A DNA stretch of 32,000 nt from Haloquadratum walsbyi C23 (GCF_000237865.1 NC_017459.1:2220001-2252000); one strand, 5' to 3'. Counted from the first letter of the stretch, positions 1-7,226 are shown. A program made the numbers and translations. The notes: generated from the sequence alone by a model not told the origin.

Positions 1-305
1 GACAGGGAACTTCCAGAAATGAGTAGTGTCTCAAATATTATCTGGGTATCTTCGCGTTTATTTAGTTACTGATTATTTTGATCGTGCCAGTCCTCGTACT
101 AGTTTTTCCTGTTTGCATGGATTCCGATTTCTGTCGGCAGTTCAGGGTACTCGATATACGTTGATTTGACTCCTTTTAGGATTCGTCGGCATCAGTTAAT
201 CTCATTGGTGTACCGATATAGTATCCTGTCTAGTTCCCACGTCTGTCCTCACAGAGTAACGAGCGGAGATTCTCAAACCGCTCAAAAATGACGGAGATAT
301 TTGGG

Positions 306-322
306 TCAATCGCCGAACATTT
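306..322. repeat. 17-bp direct repeat, copy 1 (TCAATCGCCGAACATTT); candidate attachment-site copy distal to secY
   Basis: It is identical to 5757-5773, which is the stop codon plus the last codons of secY. On the reverse strand it reads ATG TTC GGC GAT TGA (MFGD*). Here there is no upstream secY body. Confidence 0.6.
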
Positions 323-334
323 AAGACGACATTC

Positions 335-358
335 GAAAAACGGCTACCCCAGTGGGGT
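335..358 (-). terminator. Hairpin plus T5 run downstream of the 79-aa ORF
   Basis: On the minus strand, ACCCCACTGGGGT (5-bp stem, 346-358) is followed by AGCCGTTTTTCG (T5 at 336-340). It lies directly after the stop codon at 365-367. Confidence 0.4.
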
Positions 359-364
359 GACCAT

Positions 365-604
365 TCAAATCAGTTCAGAGCTGTTGAACGTCTCATCACG
401 CTCGTATTCAATGAGTTTCAACAGAGCGTTCAAAAACTCTGTCTCGTTGTGATCATCTGTGCTTCGAAGCGCATCTTGTGCACGCTCTCGGGTAACCTCA
501 TCTTTGGGTACACTCAATCCGTTCATAAAATGGATTCGGGGTGCTGATTGAAGTACTTCCTCCCCATACCAGCGACCATCTTGGTAATCCTGTCTCTTAC
601 CCAT
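365..604 (-). CDS. Hypothetical small protein (79 aa)
   Basis: It has an ATG start at 602-604 and an acidic C-terminal half (TDDHNETEFLNALLKLIEYERDE). A terminator-like hairpin and T-run follow it. I recognise no family. Confidence 0.45.
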   Translation of the reverse strand: MGKRQDYQDGRWYGEEVLQSAPRIHFMNGLSVPKDEVTRERAQDALRSTDDHNETEFLNALLKLIEYERDETFNSSELI

Positions 605-740
605 AAGTTCGTGGAGTCGTAACCGGACGTTTCAGACGCTCTCAGAGGTATTTTGAATCAAAAAATCGAGGCGAGAAGCGATTCAAATAGTGATATCGGC
701 TGTGGGGGTGACAGAACGCCGGTAATCAAGCTCACTACAA

Positions 741-1287
741 TTGTTCCAAAGAGGTGCTGAAACTGTAGATACCGAGGATTTCAGTCGTGCTCGCCGATCC
801 CGATCCCGTTCCGCTAAAATCCTGACTCGAGTTGTGGGTAAGAGACAGACCTTGACGACGACCCGGCCTACCTGGCGATCCCGCATCCAGAAGGACTACC
901 CGACCGACCGCTCGACCAGCTACGAAGAAGTGAACCTCGCTGTCGATGACAGCACCTACGACACGGTCTCGCGGCTCCGGTCGTACCTGAACAACCGCTG
1001 GCGGGACAGCGAGGCACTGTCCCCGTCGCGGCAGGCCGACCGGATGACCACCGAGAGCGTTCGGCGTGTCATCCGCTCGCTGACCGTGGAGGCCGACGTG
1101 CGCCCGCAGAGCATCGAGGGCGGGCAGGCGACCCTGAGGACGTGACGCCCACACGCTTCGGCACAGCGTCGCTTACAGGATGCTCCACGAGGAGGACGGC
1201 TACACTCTATACGATGTCCGGAACCGGCTGCGCCACGCAACAATCAAAACAACCGAAGAACGGTACGACCATTTCGACCGCATCTGA
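741..1287 (+). pseudogene. Tyrosine recombinase (phage-type integrase) catalytic region, 5'-truncated and multiply frameshifted
   Basis: Frame 1 from 1150 reads HTLRHSVAYRMLHEEDGYTLYDVRNRLRHATIKTTEERYDHFDRI*, the classic box II (H-x-x-R ... H ... Y). The preceding GDPEDVTP is in frame 2. The segment ALSPSRQADRMTTESVRRVIRSL is in frame 0. LDDDPAYLAIP is in yet another frame near 860-900. Confidence 0.7.
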
Positions 1288-1289
1288 CC

Positions 1290-1666
1290 ATGACGGAAGA
1301 CGACGTTGGTCCCAAGAACCCGCAGCCGGAAGGACACTACCCGCGCTTCGCGGACAACAAGTGGCACTACGTCCCCGACGAGTTGGCGCAGACGATCTCG
1401 CTCGGGCCGGCAGGCGACGGTGAGGAAGGCCAGGACTGGGTGCTAACGTACACGCCCGAGCGGCGAAACGAAGATGACCGGGAGAAAATTCTCGTTCGAC
1501 TGACGCCACGCGCGCTGCACGAGCTGTACATCGAGACAAAGGGCGCCTCTCAGCAGACCAGCGGATGTACGGGCACAGCGCAGAGTGCGACCCTTGCGGC
1601 GACCAGGTCGATCTCGACGAGGCGATTCCGAACCAACGCGGGAAGCCATGCCACAGACGCTGTTAG
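1290..1666 (+). pseudogene. Hypothetical protein whose C-terminal Cys4 segment is reachable only by a -1 shift at 1538-1544
   Basis: Frame 0 is acidic and protein-like up to ...RALHELYIETKG, then becomes S/T/R-rich. The -1 frame continues RLSADQRMYGHSAECDPCGDQVDLDEAIPNQRGKPCHRRC* (CxxC-x17-CxxxC), with its stop at 1664-1666. Confidence 0.4.
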
Positions 1667-1814
1667 GCCGAGTACACTGGCGCGCCAGACTGGTTCAGCG
1701 ACTACGTGTAGCGAGAGACGGGAAACAGCAGGAAGACGGTGGCGAGGAACCCGGTTTACCGGACGTGAGTAGGAGGAGGGTTGAGGCCGGGAAGATGCCC
1801 TTCTAGAACGCTGG

Positions 1815-2264
1815 CTACGCCGATGCCGGGGATTCGGACGAATCACCGAGCGACTTGGTCAGTTCAACCTCAATCTTGACCGTGTCGTACGGGACATAGG
1901 GCTGCTTCGCGCCGCCCTCTTCACGGAAGTGGACGATCCGGTACTCGGCCAGAGTCTGAACATCGTCGTGGACCTGCCGGATGTCACGGTCGAGGCGGTC
2001 AGCGAGGTCGCGGATGCTATCGGCCGGAGCGTCCATCAGGCTCCGCACCAGCTCCAGGCGGCGCGGCGTGAGGATGCGCTGGAGACGGCTGGCGTCCTGG
2101 AAGTTGACGACGTGCGGCACCTCTTCACCCTGCTCCCAGCGCTCTGCACGGTCCAGGGCGCTCTCCTTTTGATCCTCGAACGGCTTTGACGTGATGCGAA
2201 GGGTAGAGGGGTACTCAACGTCCTCTGGAGGTTCGTGGGCGTGGTCAGGCGATTTCTTGCTCAT
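1815..2264 (-). CDS. Winged-helix DNA-binding protein, putative antitoxin/regulator partner of the upstream TumE-like gene
   Basis: Starting from the internal ATG at 2262-2264 it reads MSKKSPDHAHEPPEDVEYPSTLRITSKPFED...LTPRRLELVRSLMDAPADSIRDLADRLDRDIRQVHDDVQTLAEYRIVHFREEGGAKQPYVPYD. From memory this resembles the haloarchaeal 'HVO_A0114-type' putative DNA-binding proteins. It overlaps the upstream gene by 20 nt. Confidence 0.65.
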   Translation of the reverse strand: MSKKSPDHAHEPPEDVEYPSTLRITSKPFEDQKESALDRAERWEQGEEVPHVVNFQDASRLQRILTPRRLELVRSLMDAPADSIRDLADRLDRDIRQVHDDVQTLAEYRIVHFREEGGAKQPYVPYDTVKIEVELTKSLGDSSESPASA

Positions 2265-2592
2265 GGATGGTTTCGACCTCGTCGAGGAATTTCTGTAGGT
2301 GGGACCGAAGGCCCTCGAATTCGATACCTTCGACCTCTCCACGGTAATGGCGGTGGTGTCGCCCAACGCCGTGGGCGTCGTTCGCGTTGTCGTACCGGAG
2401 GATCTCTTCATCGACCGGGCCGAGATACTGGAAACTGTATTTCAGTTCCTCCGGGAACTCGTCGCTCTCGGGGACATCCCAGGCGAGCGCTTCCCATCTG
2501 TCGCCTTCAGGGAATTCGTCGTCGTCCTCGAAGATTTTCGTCGCCGGCATCGGAGCACCTGTATTGTCCACATAAGATAACGGGTGCTTCAC
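2245..2592 (-). CDS. DUF6516 / TumE-like putative toxin
   Basis: The core is YSFQYLGPVDEEILRYDNANDAHGVGRHHRHYRGEVEGIEFEGL...FLDEV. From memory this fits the Y-x-Y...RYDNA-x-H...HH-x-H pattern of DUF6516 proteins. The start is either GTG at 2592 or ATG at 2550. Confidence 0.55.
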   Translation of the reverse strand: MKHPLSYVDNTGAPMPATKIFEDDDEFPEGDRWEALAWDVPESDEFPEELKYSFQYLGPVDEEILRYDNANDAHGVGRHHRHYRGEVEGIEFEGLRSHLQKFLDEVETIHEQEIA

Positions 2593-3116
2593 TCATAATC
2601 GTTGTGGTGACGGGACAACATACTATCTGAAGGCCGTCCACCTTTTGCGTAGATTTAAAAGATCGATGCAGAAACATCCGTATGGCGGAACGATCACATT
2701 TCGAGAAAGCAAAGACATACGGCCTGAAACGTCCCGAGGTTCTCATCCTCTATTACTTCACTGGGTGGTTCAACGGAATGACGGTCACCGTCCACGGCCG
2801 CACGATCTCTATTGCCACCACGTACGAACCAACGCTTCGTCAGCTGTGTAGCGACGATTAGGAACCAAGCTTCGACGAGGCGCACGAGCGACTCATCGAG
2901 TGCGGGATCTTCAAGTCACAGAGTCGGGGCGAGAACACCTACATCGGCGGTCGTCGGTGTCGATGACCCCCGACGCAGGATTGCATGCAGATCATCGAGG
3001 ACATCTTCAGCGAGGAGGAGCAGCTGTTCCCGTCGTAGGTCCTCAACGAACACACGCGCCCCCCGACCTTCCGTGACGGAAGCAAACTTCTCCAGCACCG
3101 GAAGGGCGTCCTCGCC

Positions 3117-3437
3117 TCAAAACACCTCTTCGGCAGCCTCGAACGGGTCACCGGCGTCGATACGTACCCCCGGATCGACATTCCACAGCGCCCCGATCTC
3201 CGACTCTTCAGCCACGGCGAGCAGGCCGGTCCCACCGTCTGGATCTACGAGAACCGTGAGAACATGGTCCGGTTCTGGAATCACCTCATCGACAACGGTC
3301 TGATTGACCTCGACGGCGACCGGCTTCGGCGGAGCCGAAAGGGCGTGCCGAACTACTCCTCGCACGATGTTGTCTGGACCATCCCAGGCGTCGGCGGCGA
3401 CCTCGTGGACGCGTTTAAACTCTTCAAATACAATCAT
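3117..3437 (-). CDS. Hypothetical acidic protein (106 aa), possibly the first part of a stop-interrupted longer gene
   Basis: It has an ATG start at 3435-3437 and an acidic, halophile-like composition. The same frame stays open, apart from two stop codons, down to 2694. Confidence 0.4.
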   Translation of the reverse strand: MIVFEEFKRVHEVAADAWDGPDNIVRGVVRHALSAPPKPVAVEVNQTVVDEVIPEPDHVLTVLVDPDGGTGLLAVAEESEIGALWNVDPGVRIDAGDPFEAAEEVF

Positions 3438-3560
3438 ATCACCTTTCGCTCATAATCCAGCCACAGCCCCTGAATGGGGTGCCGGCATCCACTATTCCCA
3501 CATATAATCTGGAGCGTACACATCCCTGAGATGGTGAGCGTAGTGACTATTCTGACCGAG

Positions 3561-3612
3561 GTGTATGGGTAGGTGTACGGGTGTACGACAGGAGTCTTAC
3601 CCCTGTGTACGG
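3561..3612. repeat. Four direct copies of GTGTAYGR (iteron-like or arm-site-like cluster)
   Basis: The copies are GTGTATGG at 3561-3568, GTGTACGG at 3573-3580, GTGTACGA at 3581-3588 and GTGTACGG at 3605-3612. They lie in a non-coding-looking stretch. Confidence 0.5.
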
Positions 3613-3946
3613 TGCGGTAGAGCGACGGACTGCTCGTACGCCTCTTCGTATAAAGATTCAGATGTCTCTGGGAGTGCAATATGGTCGTGCTGACAATCAG
3701 TCCTGCCGACTCACAACCCGGTTGTCCTCGTCGCTATGTCGCTCTCGGAGTGGGAGGGTCGATAATTCAATGTTTGCCATCCTCTGTCCACAATCCACCA
3801 GGTTTTGAACTCAAATGTGAATTTACTTGAATATACCCTTTGACGTCTTCGGTCGTAGCAGCGAGAGGATCAATATCGTCTGATTCACACAGTTTCAGTT
3901 TCAGATACTGGTTGTCGTGGTGCGACGATCGTGATGATGTTGATCC

Positions 3947-4402
3947 TTGGAATCCAGAAAAAACAACGTGAAGAATTACGTGCGGTGGCTGAAGAGTGAA
4001 GACTCCAGCAATCGCAAAATCGAACACCGAGTCAGAGGTATCCGAGGAACGTATCGAATACTGGTCGAGGAGAACACCGTTGACAATAATCCTGCTGACA
4101 ACTACTTTCCATCTGATTTTCTCGATAGCACCGTACGTGGGGATGCTCAGAACGAGCGAACGATAGCCGAGAATAAACGAGGTCCACGTACCAACTTCGA
4201 TACTATCGAGCCAGAGGAATTTGAGAAACTATTGGAAAACGTCAAAGCTCCACGATTTAGAAACCAATTCATCTGTAAGATGATGTGGCAGTTGATGCTC
4301 CGCAGCGAGCAAATCACGTACACGTCGGCTCGTTTTGATACAGTCTGGATTACGACCACCTCCGAGTTCTCTTCTCTATCTCGTAATATTTCACCTTTTT
4401 GA
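3947..4402 (+). pseudogene. Truncated tyrosine recombinase (core-binding domain plus start of catalytic domain only)
   Basis: VKNYVRWLKSEDSSNRKIEHRVRGIRGTYRILVEENTVDNNPA looks like a core-binding domain. ...EEFEKLLENVKAPRFRNQFICKMMWQLMLRSEQI looks like the box I Arg region. The ORF stops about 150 aa in, with no H-x-x-R or Tyr motifs, and it has a TTG start. Confidence 0.6.
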
Positions 4403-4420
4403 TACACCTATGCTGAAATC

Positions 4421-4450
4421 AACGCAACACCACCCTAAATGTATTATTGC
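4421..4450 (-). promoter_or_regulatory. Repeated promoter-like motif, copy 1 (minus strand TTTAGGGTGGTGTTGCGTT)
   Basis: It shares the CACCCTAAA core and flanks with 4851-4881. The TATA-like TTTA lies 32 nt upstream of the GTG at 4407. Confidence 0.35.
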
Positions 4451-4495
4451 TAATGGGTTCTGGTTGCTCAGTGGGGAGCCTCAATACAGCGACAG

Positions 4496-4840
4496 CTACT
4501 GTGGGTACTCCTGAAAGCGGAGTCGTGATTCGGGGAGACTCATCACCTGTGCCTCGGAGTGCCAGAGGTAATCGTACCGTTCCCCTCTGTCCATCTCAAC
4601 CAGTTCATCCCGTGATTTCTCTACGCTACTGCTGTCGACCCCTTGGAGATAGACGACGCCATAGACTACATTTGATGGAGAGCATTCGTAGTAGAGGTCG
4701 TTCACCGTCAGCTCCTCATCTAAGTTCAAGTTCACAAAAACCTCGTCAGCTGGGCGGTCAAACTCCCAAATGACGCAGACAAGCAGGTCAGTATCTAAAT
4801 CATATGCTAATTCATCTCCCTCAGAATATTGATAGTTCAC
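4496..4840 (-). CDS. Hypothetical acidic protein (114 aa)
   Basis: It has a GTG start and an acidic composition. The TATA-like motif lies 29 nt upstream of the start, consistent with a leaderless transcript. Confidence 0.55.
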   Translation of the reverse strand: MNYQYSEGDELAYDLDTDLLVCVIWEFDRPADEVFVNLNLDEELTVNDLYYECSPSNVVYGVVYLQGVDSSSVEKSRDELVEMDRGERYDYLWHSEAQVMSLPESRLRFQEYPQ

Positions 4841-4850
4841 AGCGAGAACT

Positions 4851-4881
4851 GACGCAATACCACCCTAAAGGAGTTATTCGC
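4851..4881 (-). promoter_or_regulatory. Repeated promoter-like motif, copy 2 (minus strand TTTAGGGTGGTATTGCGTC)
   Basis: The plus-strand sequence GACGCAATACCACCCTAAAGGAGTTATTCGC is near-identical to copy 1. It is positioned 29 nt from the start codon at 4840. Confidence 0.45.
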
Positions 4882-4896
4882 TTTCGATTTGGACAG

Positions 4897-5244
4897 TTAG
4901 TTGTCAAGGAATCCCTGTGCCCGTAGGTTTTCTGCCCACGTCTTCAGTACGTCATCTATTTTCAGCCCATCGGTGCTGTATTCATATGCGTTCAGAGCGT
5001 CAATTCGATACGCAATCGGCGTCCACTCGCCGTTTGATTCAACTCGAAACCTAAATTCGGGATCTCGCATCAGATCCCCCTGCTGGAGGTAATACTGGCA
5101 AATAATCAGTTCGTCGCCGTGTCGCTCAATACTTAGATCCATTATTGCGTCCGAGTCGGATTCAATGTCGAGGTGGAAGTCGGAGTCAATTGATTCGTCG
5201 TGCTGATTGACGATAGAAGTGATAATATTCTTGAATTTCACCAC
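4897..5244 (-). CDS. Small acidic protein resembling DUF6908-type proteins of bacterial ICEs/plasmids
   Basis: The segments ...LSIERHGDELIICQYYLQQGDLMRDPEFRFRVE... and C-terminal ...WAENLRAQGFLDN match my recollection of DUF6908 (C-x-Y...GD-x-MRDPE ... W-x-x-NL-x-x-QGF). It has a GTG start and a promoter motif 28 nt upstream. Confidence 0.55.
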   Translation of the reverse strand: MVKFKNIITSIVNQHDESIDSDFHLDIESDSDAIMDLSIERHGDELIICQYYLQQGDLMRDPEFRFRVESNGEWTPIAYRIDALNAYEYSTDGLKIDDVLKTWAENLRAQGFLDN

Positions 5245-5250
5245 GTTGAA

Positions 5251-5276
5251 GTCGACTCAAAATCACCCTAAAAGAG
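5251..5276 (-). promoter_or_regulatory. Repeated promoter-like motif, copy 3 (minus strand TTTTAGGGTGATTTTGAGTC)
   Basis: It has the same CACCCTAAA core at 5264-5272 but is more diverged from copies 1 and 2. Confidence 0.35.
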
Positions 5277-5582
5277 CTATGTCGATTCAGGGACGACACG
5301 ATACGCGATGTGTCCGTGTTCAGTCGCCGTTCCTGCTTCAACCGTCCCAATGTCAAGCCAATAAGTGATTTTCTTTTGTGTCCTGTCGAGTGAAACGTTA
5401 GCTCCGTCAGCCAGTCCGTCGATAGTAAATGACCCCATCATCTCACTCGCCACTTCGAGTTTCTCGTCTTCATTCAGCGAAGAGTCCGTCTCTTGCTCGA
5501 TCTCGTCTATGATCTCGGTGATTCTCTGTTTGACTGTCTCGAAACCAATATCACTGTCAATGCGTGGAATTCCCTATGTCAT
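5277..5582 (-). pseudogene. Small wHTH-like acidic ORF with an in-frame TAG at codon 3
   Basis: The minus strand reads ATG ACA TAG GGA ATT..., then 98 open codons: IPRIDSDIGFETVKQRITEIIDEIEQETDSSLNEDEKLEVASEMMGSFTIDGLADGANVSLDRTQKKITYWLDIGTVEAGTATEHGHIAYRVVPEST*. The first canonical in-frame start after the TAG is GTG at 5453, which would give 58 aa. Confidence 0.4.
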
Positions 5583-5756
5583 AGTCGTAGATAGGCTCTA
5601 TTACCCCGAATAATTGCTGAGCGGATTACCGATTCCTCTGTCATCACAGTCTCAGGGGTGGGTTGGCGTTACTACAGCAGGGACTCTCGTATTTACCCAA
5701 AGGAAGAATTTGAGGAATCGAGAAGATGTTTGAGACTGATGAGTAAGATTACATCA

Positions 5757-5773
5757 TCAATCGCCGAACATTT
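5757..5773. repeat. 17-bp direct repeat, copy 2 (inside the secY 3' end)
   Basis: TCAATCGCCGAACATTT is identical to 306-322. Confidence 0.6.
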
Positions 5774-7226
5774 GACGCATCATCGGGTGCATCTCCATTA
5801 ATTGTTCTTCGGCAATTTCCTCATACAGTTTGTATGTAATCGAGACTGTGAGTAAGAGTCCCGTCCCGGAGACGCCACCAATTGTTCCGAGCATATTTGC
5901 AAGAACAGCAAGCAATCCAACAAGTCCACCACCGATAACGGTCACTTGTGGGATATATCGCTCCATCACTTTCTCAATCACCTGTGGATTCCGTCGGAAT
6001 CCAGGGATTTGCATTCCTGAATTCTGGATTTGGCGGGCGGTTGCTTCTGGACCCATACCGGTTGTTTCGACCCAGAAAATGGCGAATACCGCACCCCCAG
6101 CAATCATGAATGTAAGATCGATTAACACCCGAGCGATGATAGCAAGCGGCTCTTGTGAAGTAAACCCAAGGAACCACATCCAATCCTGTCGAGACTGAAT
6201 CGGCGCAAGATACCAAAACAATCCACCGGTAACCTGCCCCTGGGTGTATTCGCCAAGCCATAGCGGCATCCCGCTCCACCAGTTATTAAGAATTTGTCCA
6301 AGGAACTGGATGTTCGCCTGTAATGCTCGTACAAGAATCATTGGTAGGACACTTGCATAGATGAGCTTCACCGGGAATCGTCCACGCGCTCCTTTCACAT
6401 TTGCATGCGCAAGTGGAATTTCAACGCGGACACTCTCAGCATAGACAACAATCCCGAAAATAAACACTGTCGTAATCAGCGCCAAAATCTGACCTTGTCC
6501 AAGGAAGACATCCGAAAGCCCACCTGGTGTCAGCGGTGACCCGATATCAACAGCGCCAGTCACGATACCAACCCATGTTGGAATAAAGCCACTTTGTCCA
6601 CCAAGACTCTGCCAACTAAATAATCCAGCAACAAGTTGCTGACTTACGCCGGCGATAATGAACAATCCAACGCCGGATCCAACCCCCCACTTGCTCACAA
6701 TTTCATCCATAAACAAGATGAGAATGCCGCCAACAAACATCTGCGCGAAAATGATTGTCTTCACCCCACCTACCCCAACGGCAAGTGAGTCTGCAACTGC
6801 CTGACTTGCTGGGAGGAAATTCCCTGCAAATACCATTGGCAATCCAGTCAAGCAGATCATCACAACGACAAGTAGTTTTTGAAGTCCCTGATAGAGAATC
6901 TGATCACGTGGGTCATCAGTGTCAAGACCAAGGAGATTCGCACCACCAAGCAACTGAAGCACAATACTTGCTGTCACGATTGGTCCAATCCCTAACTGTA
7001 GAATCGACCCTTGTGACCCAGCAAGGATGCTGCGGAATTGCCCATAGAAATCTCCCCCAGCACCGCCTGTCTGTAATCCAAACATTGTGACGTTCGTCAA
7101 GAAAAAGTACATGACGAGGATGCCAGCCGTCCATCCTAACTTTTGACGAAACGGCACATGCCCCTCTGGACGCGCAACAGAGGGCATTCGTGTCAATACC
7201 GGTTCAGCGGCCTCCTTCCATCCCAT
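5757..7226 (-). CDS. secY: Preprotein translocase subunit SecY
   Basis: It is a 489-aa polytopic membrane protein with typical SecY segments (GIGPIVTASIVLQLLGGANLLG; C-terminal YEEIAEEQLMEMHPMMRQMFGD). It sits directly after L15, as in all archaeal spc clusters. Confidence 0.97.
   Translation of the reverse strand: MGWKEAAEPVLTRMPSVARPEGHVPFRQKLGWTAGILVMYFFLTNVTMFGLQTGGAGGDFYGQFRSILAGSQGSILQLGIGPIVTASIVLQLLGGANLLGLDTDDPRDQILYQGLQKLLVVVMICLTGLPMVFAGNFLPASQAVADSLAVGVGGVKTIIFAQMFVGGILILFMDEIVSKWGVGSGVGLFIIAGVSQQLVAGLFSWQSLGGQSGFIPTWVGIVTGAVDIGSPLTPGGLSDVFLGQGQILALITTVFIFGIVVYAESVRVEIPLAHANVKGARGRFPVKLIYASVLPMILVRALQANIQFLGQILNNWWSGMPLWLGEYTQGQVTGGLFWYLAPIQSRQDWMWFLGFTSQEPLAIIARVLIDLTFMIAGGAVFAIFWVETTGMGPEATARQIQNSGMQIPGFRRNPQVIEKVMERYIPQVTVIGGGLVGLLAVLANMLGTIGGVSGTGLLLTVSITYKLYEEIAEEQLMEMHPMMRQMFGD

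Noticed and set aside
2812-3303. A 163-aa plus-strand ORF, together with many other overlapping ORFs between 735 and 3500.
   Set aside because: GC-rich DNA yields long spurious frames. These are S/R/T-rich, mutually overlapping, and antisense to more protein-like acidic frames.
3767-4027. A minus-strand ORF with an integrase-N-terminus-like phrase (DIDPLAATTEDVKGYIQ).
   Set aside because: The protein-like part has no start codon, and its first half is antisense to the plus-strand integrase fragment. The resemblance is too short to call.
741-4402. The idea that the two integrase pieces are the halves of an SSV-type integrase split by its own integration.
   Set aside because: The pieces differ sharply in GC content. 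They are not at the element ends, and they are in the wrong order for a split gene: the C-terminal part lies upstream of the N-terminal part on the same strand. They are better read as remnants of two different genes.
4147-4407. An 86-aa minus-strand ORF starting at the correct distance from promoter-motif copy 1.
   Set aside because: It is antisense to the recognisable integrase fragment, and its sequence (cysteine- and serine-rich, not acidic) does not look like a halophile protein. It is probably only an antisense transcript, if it is transcribed at all.
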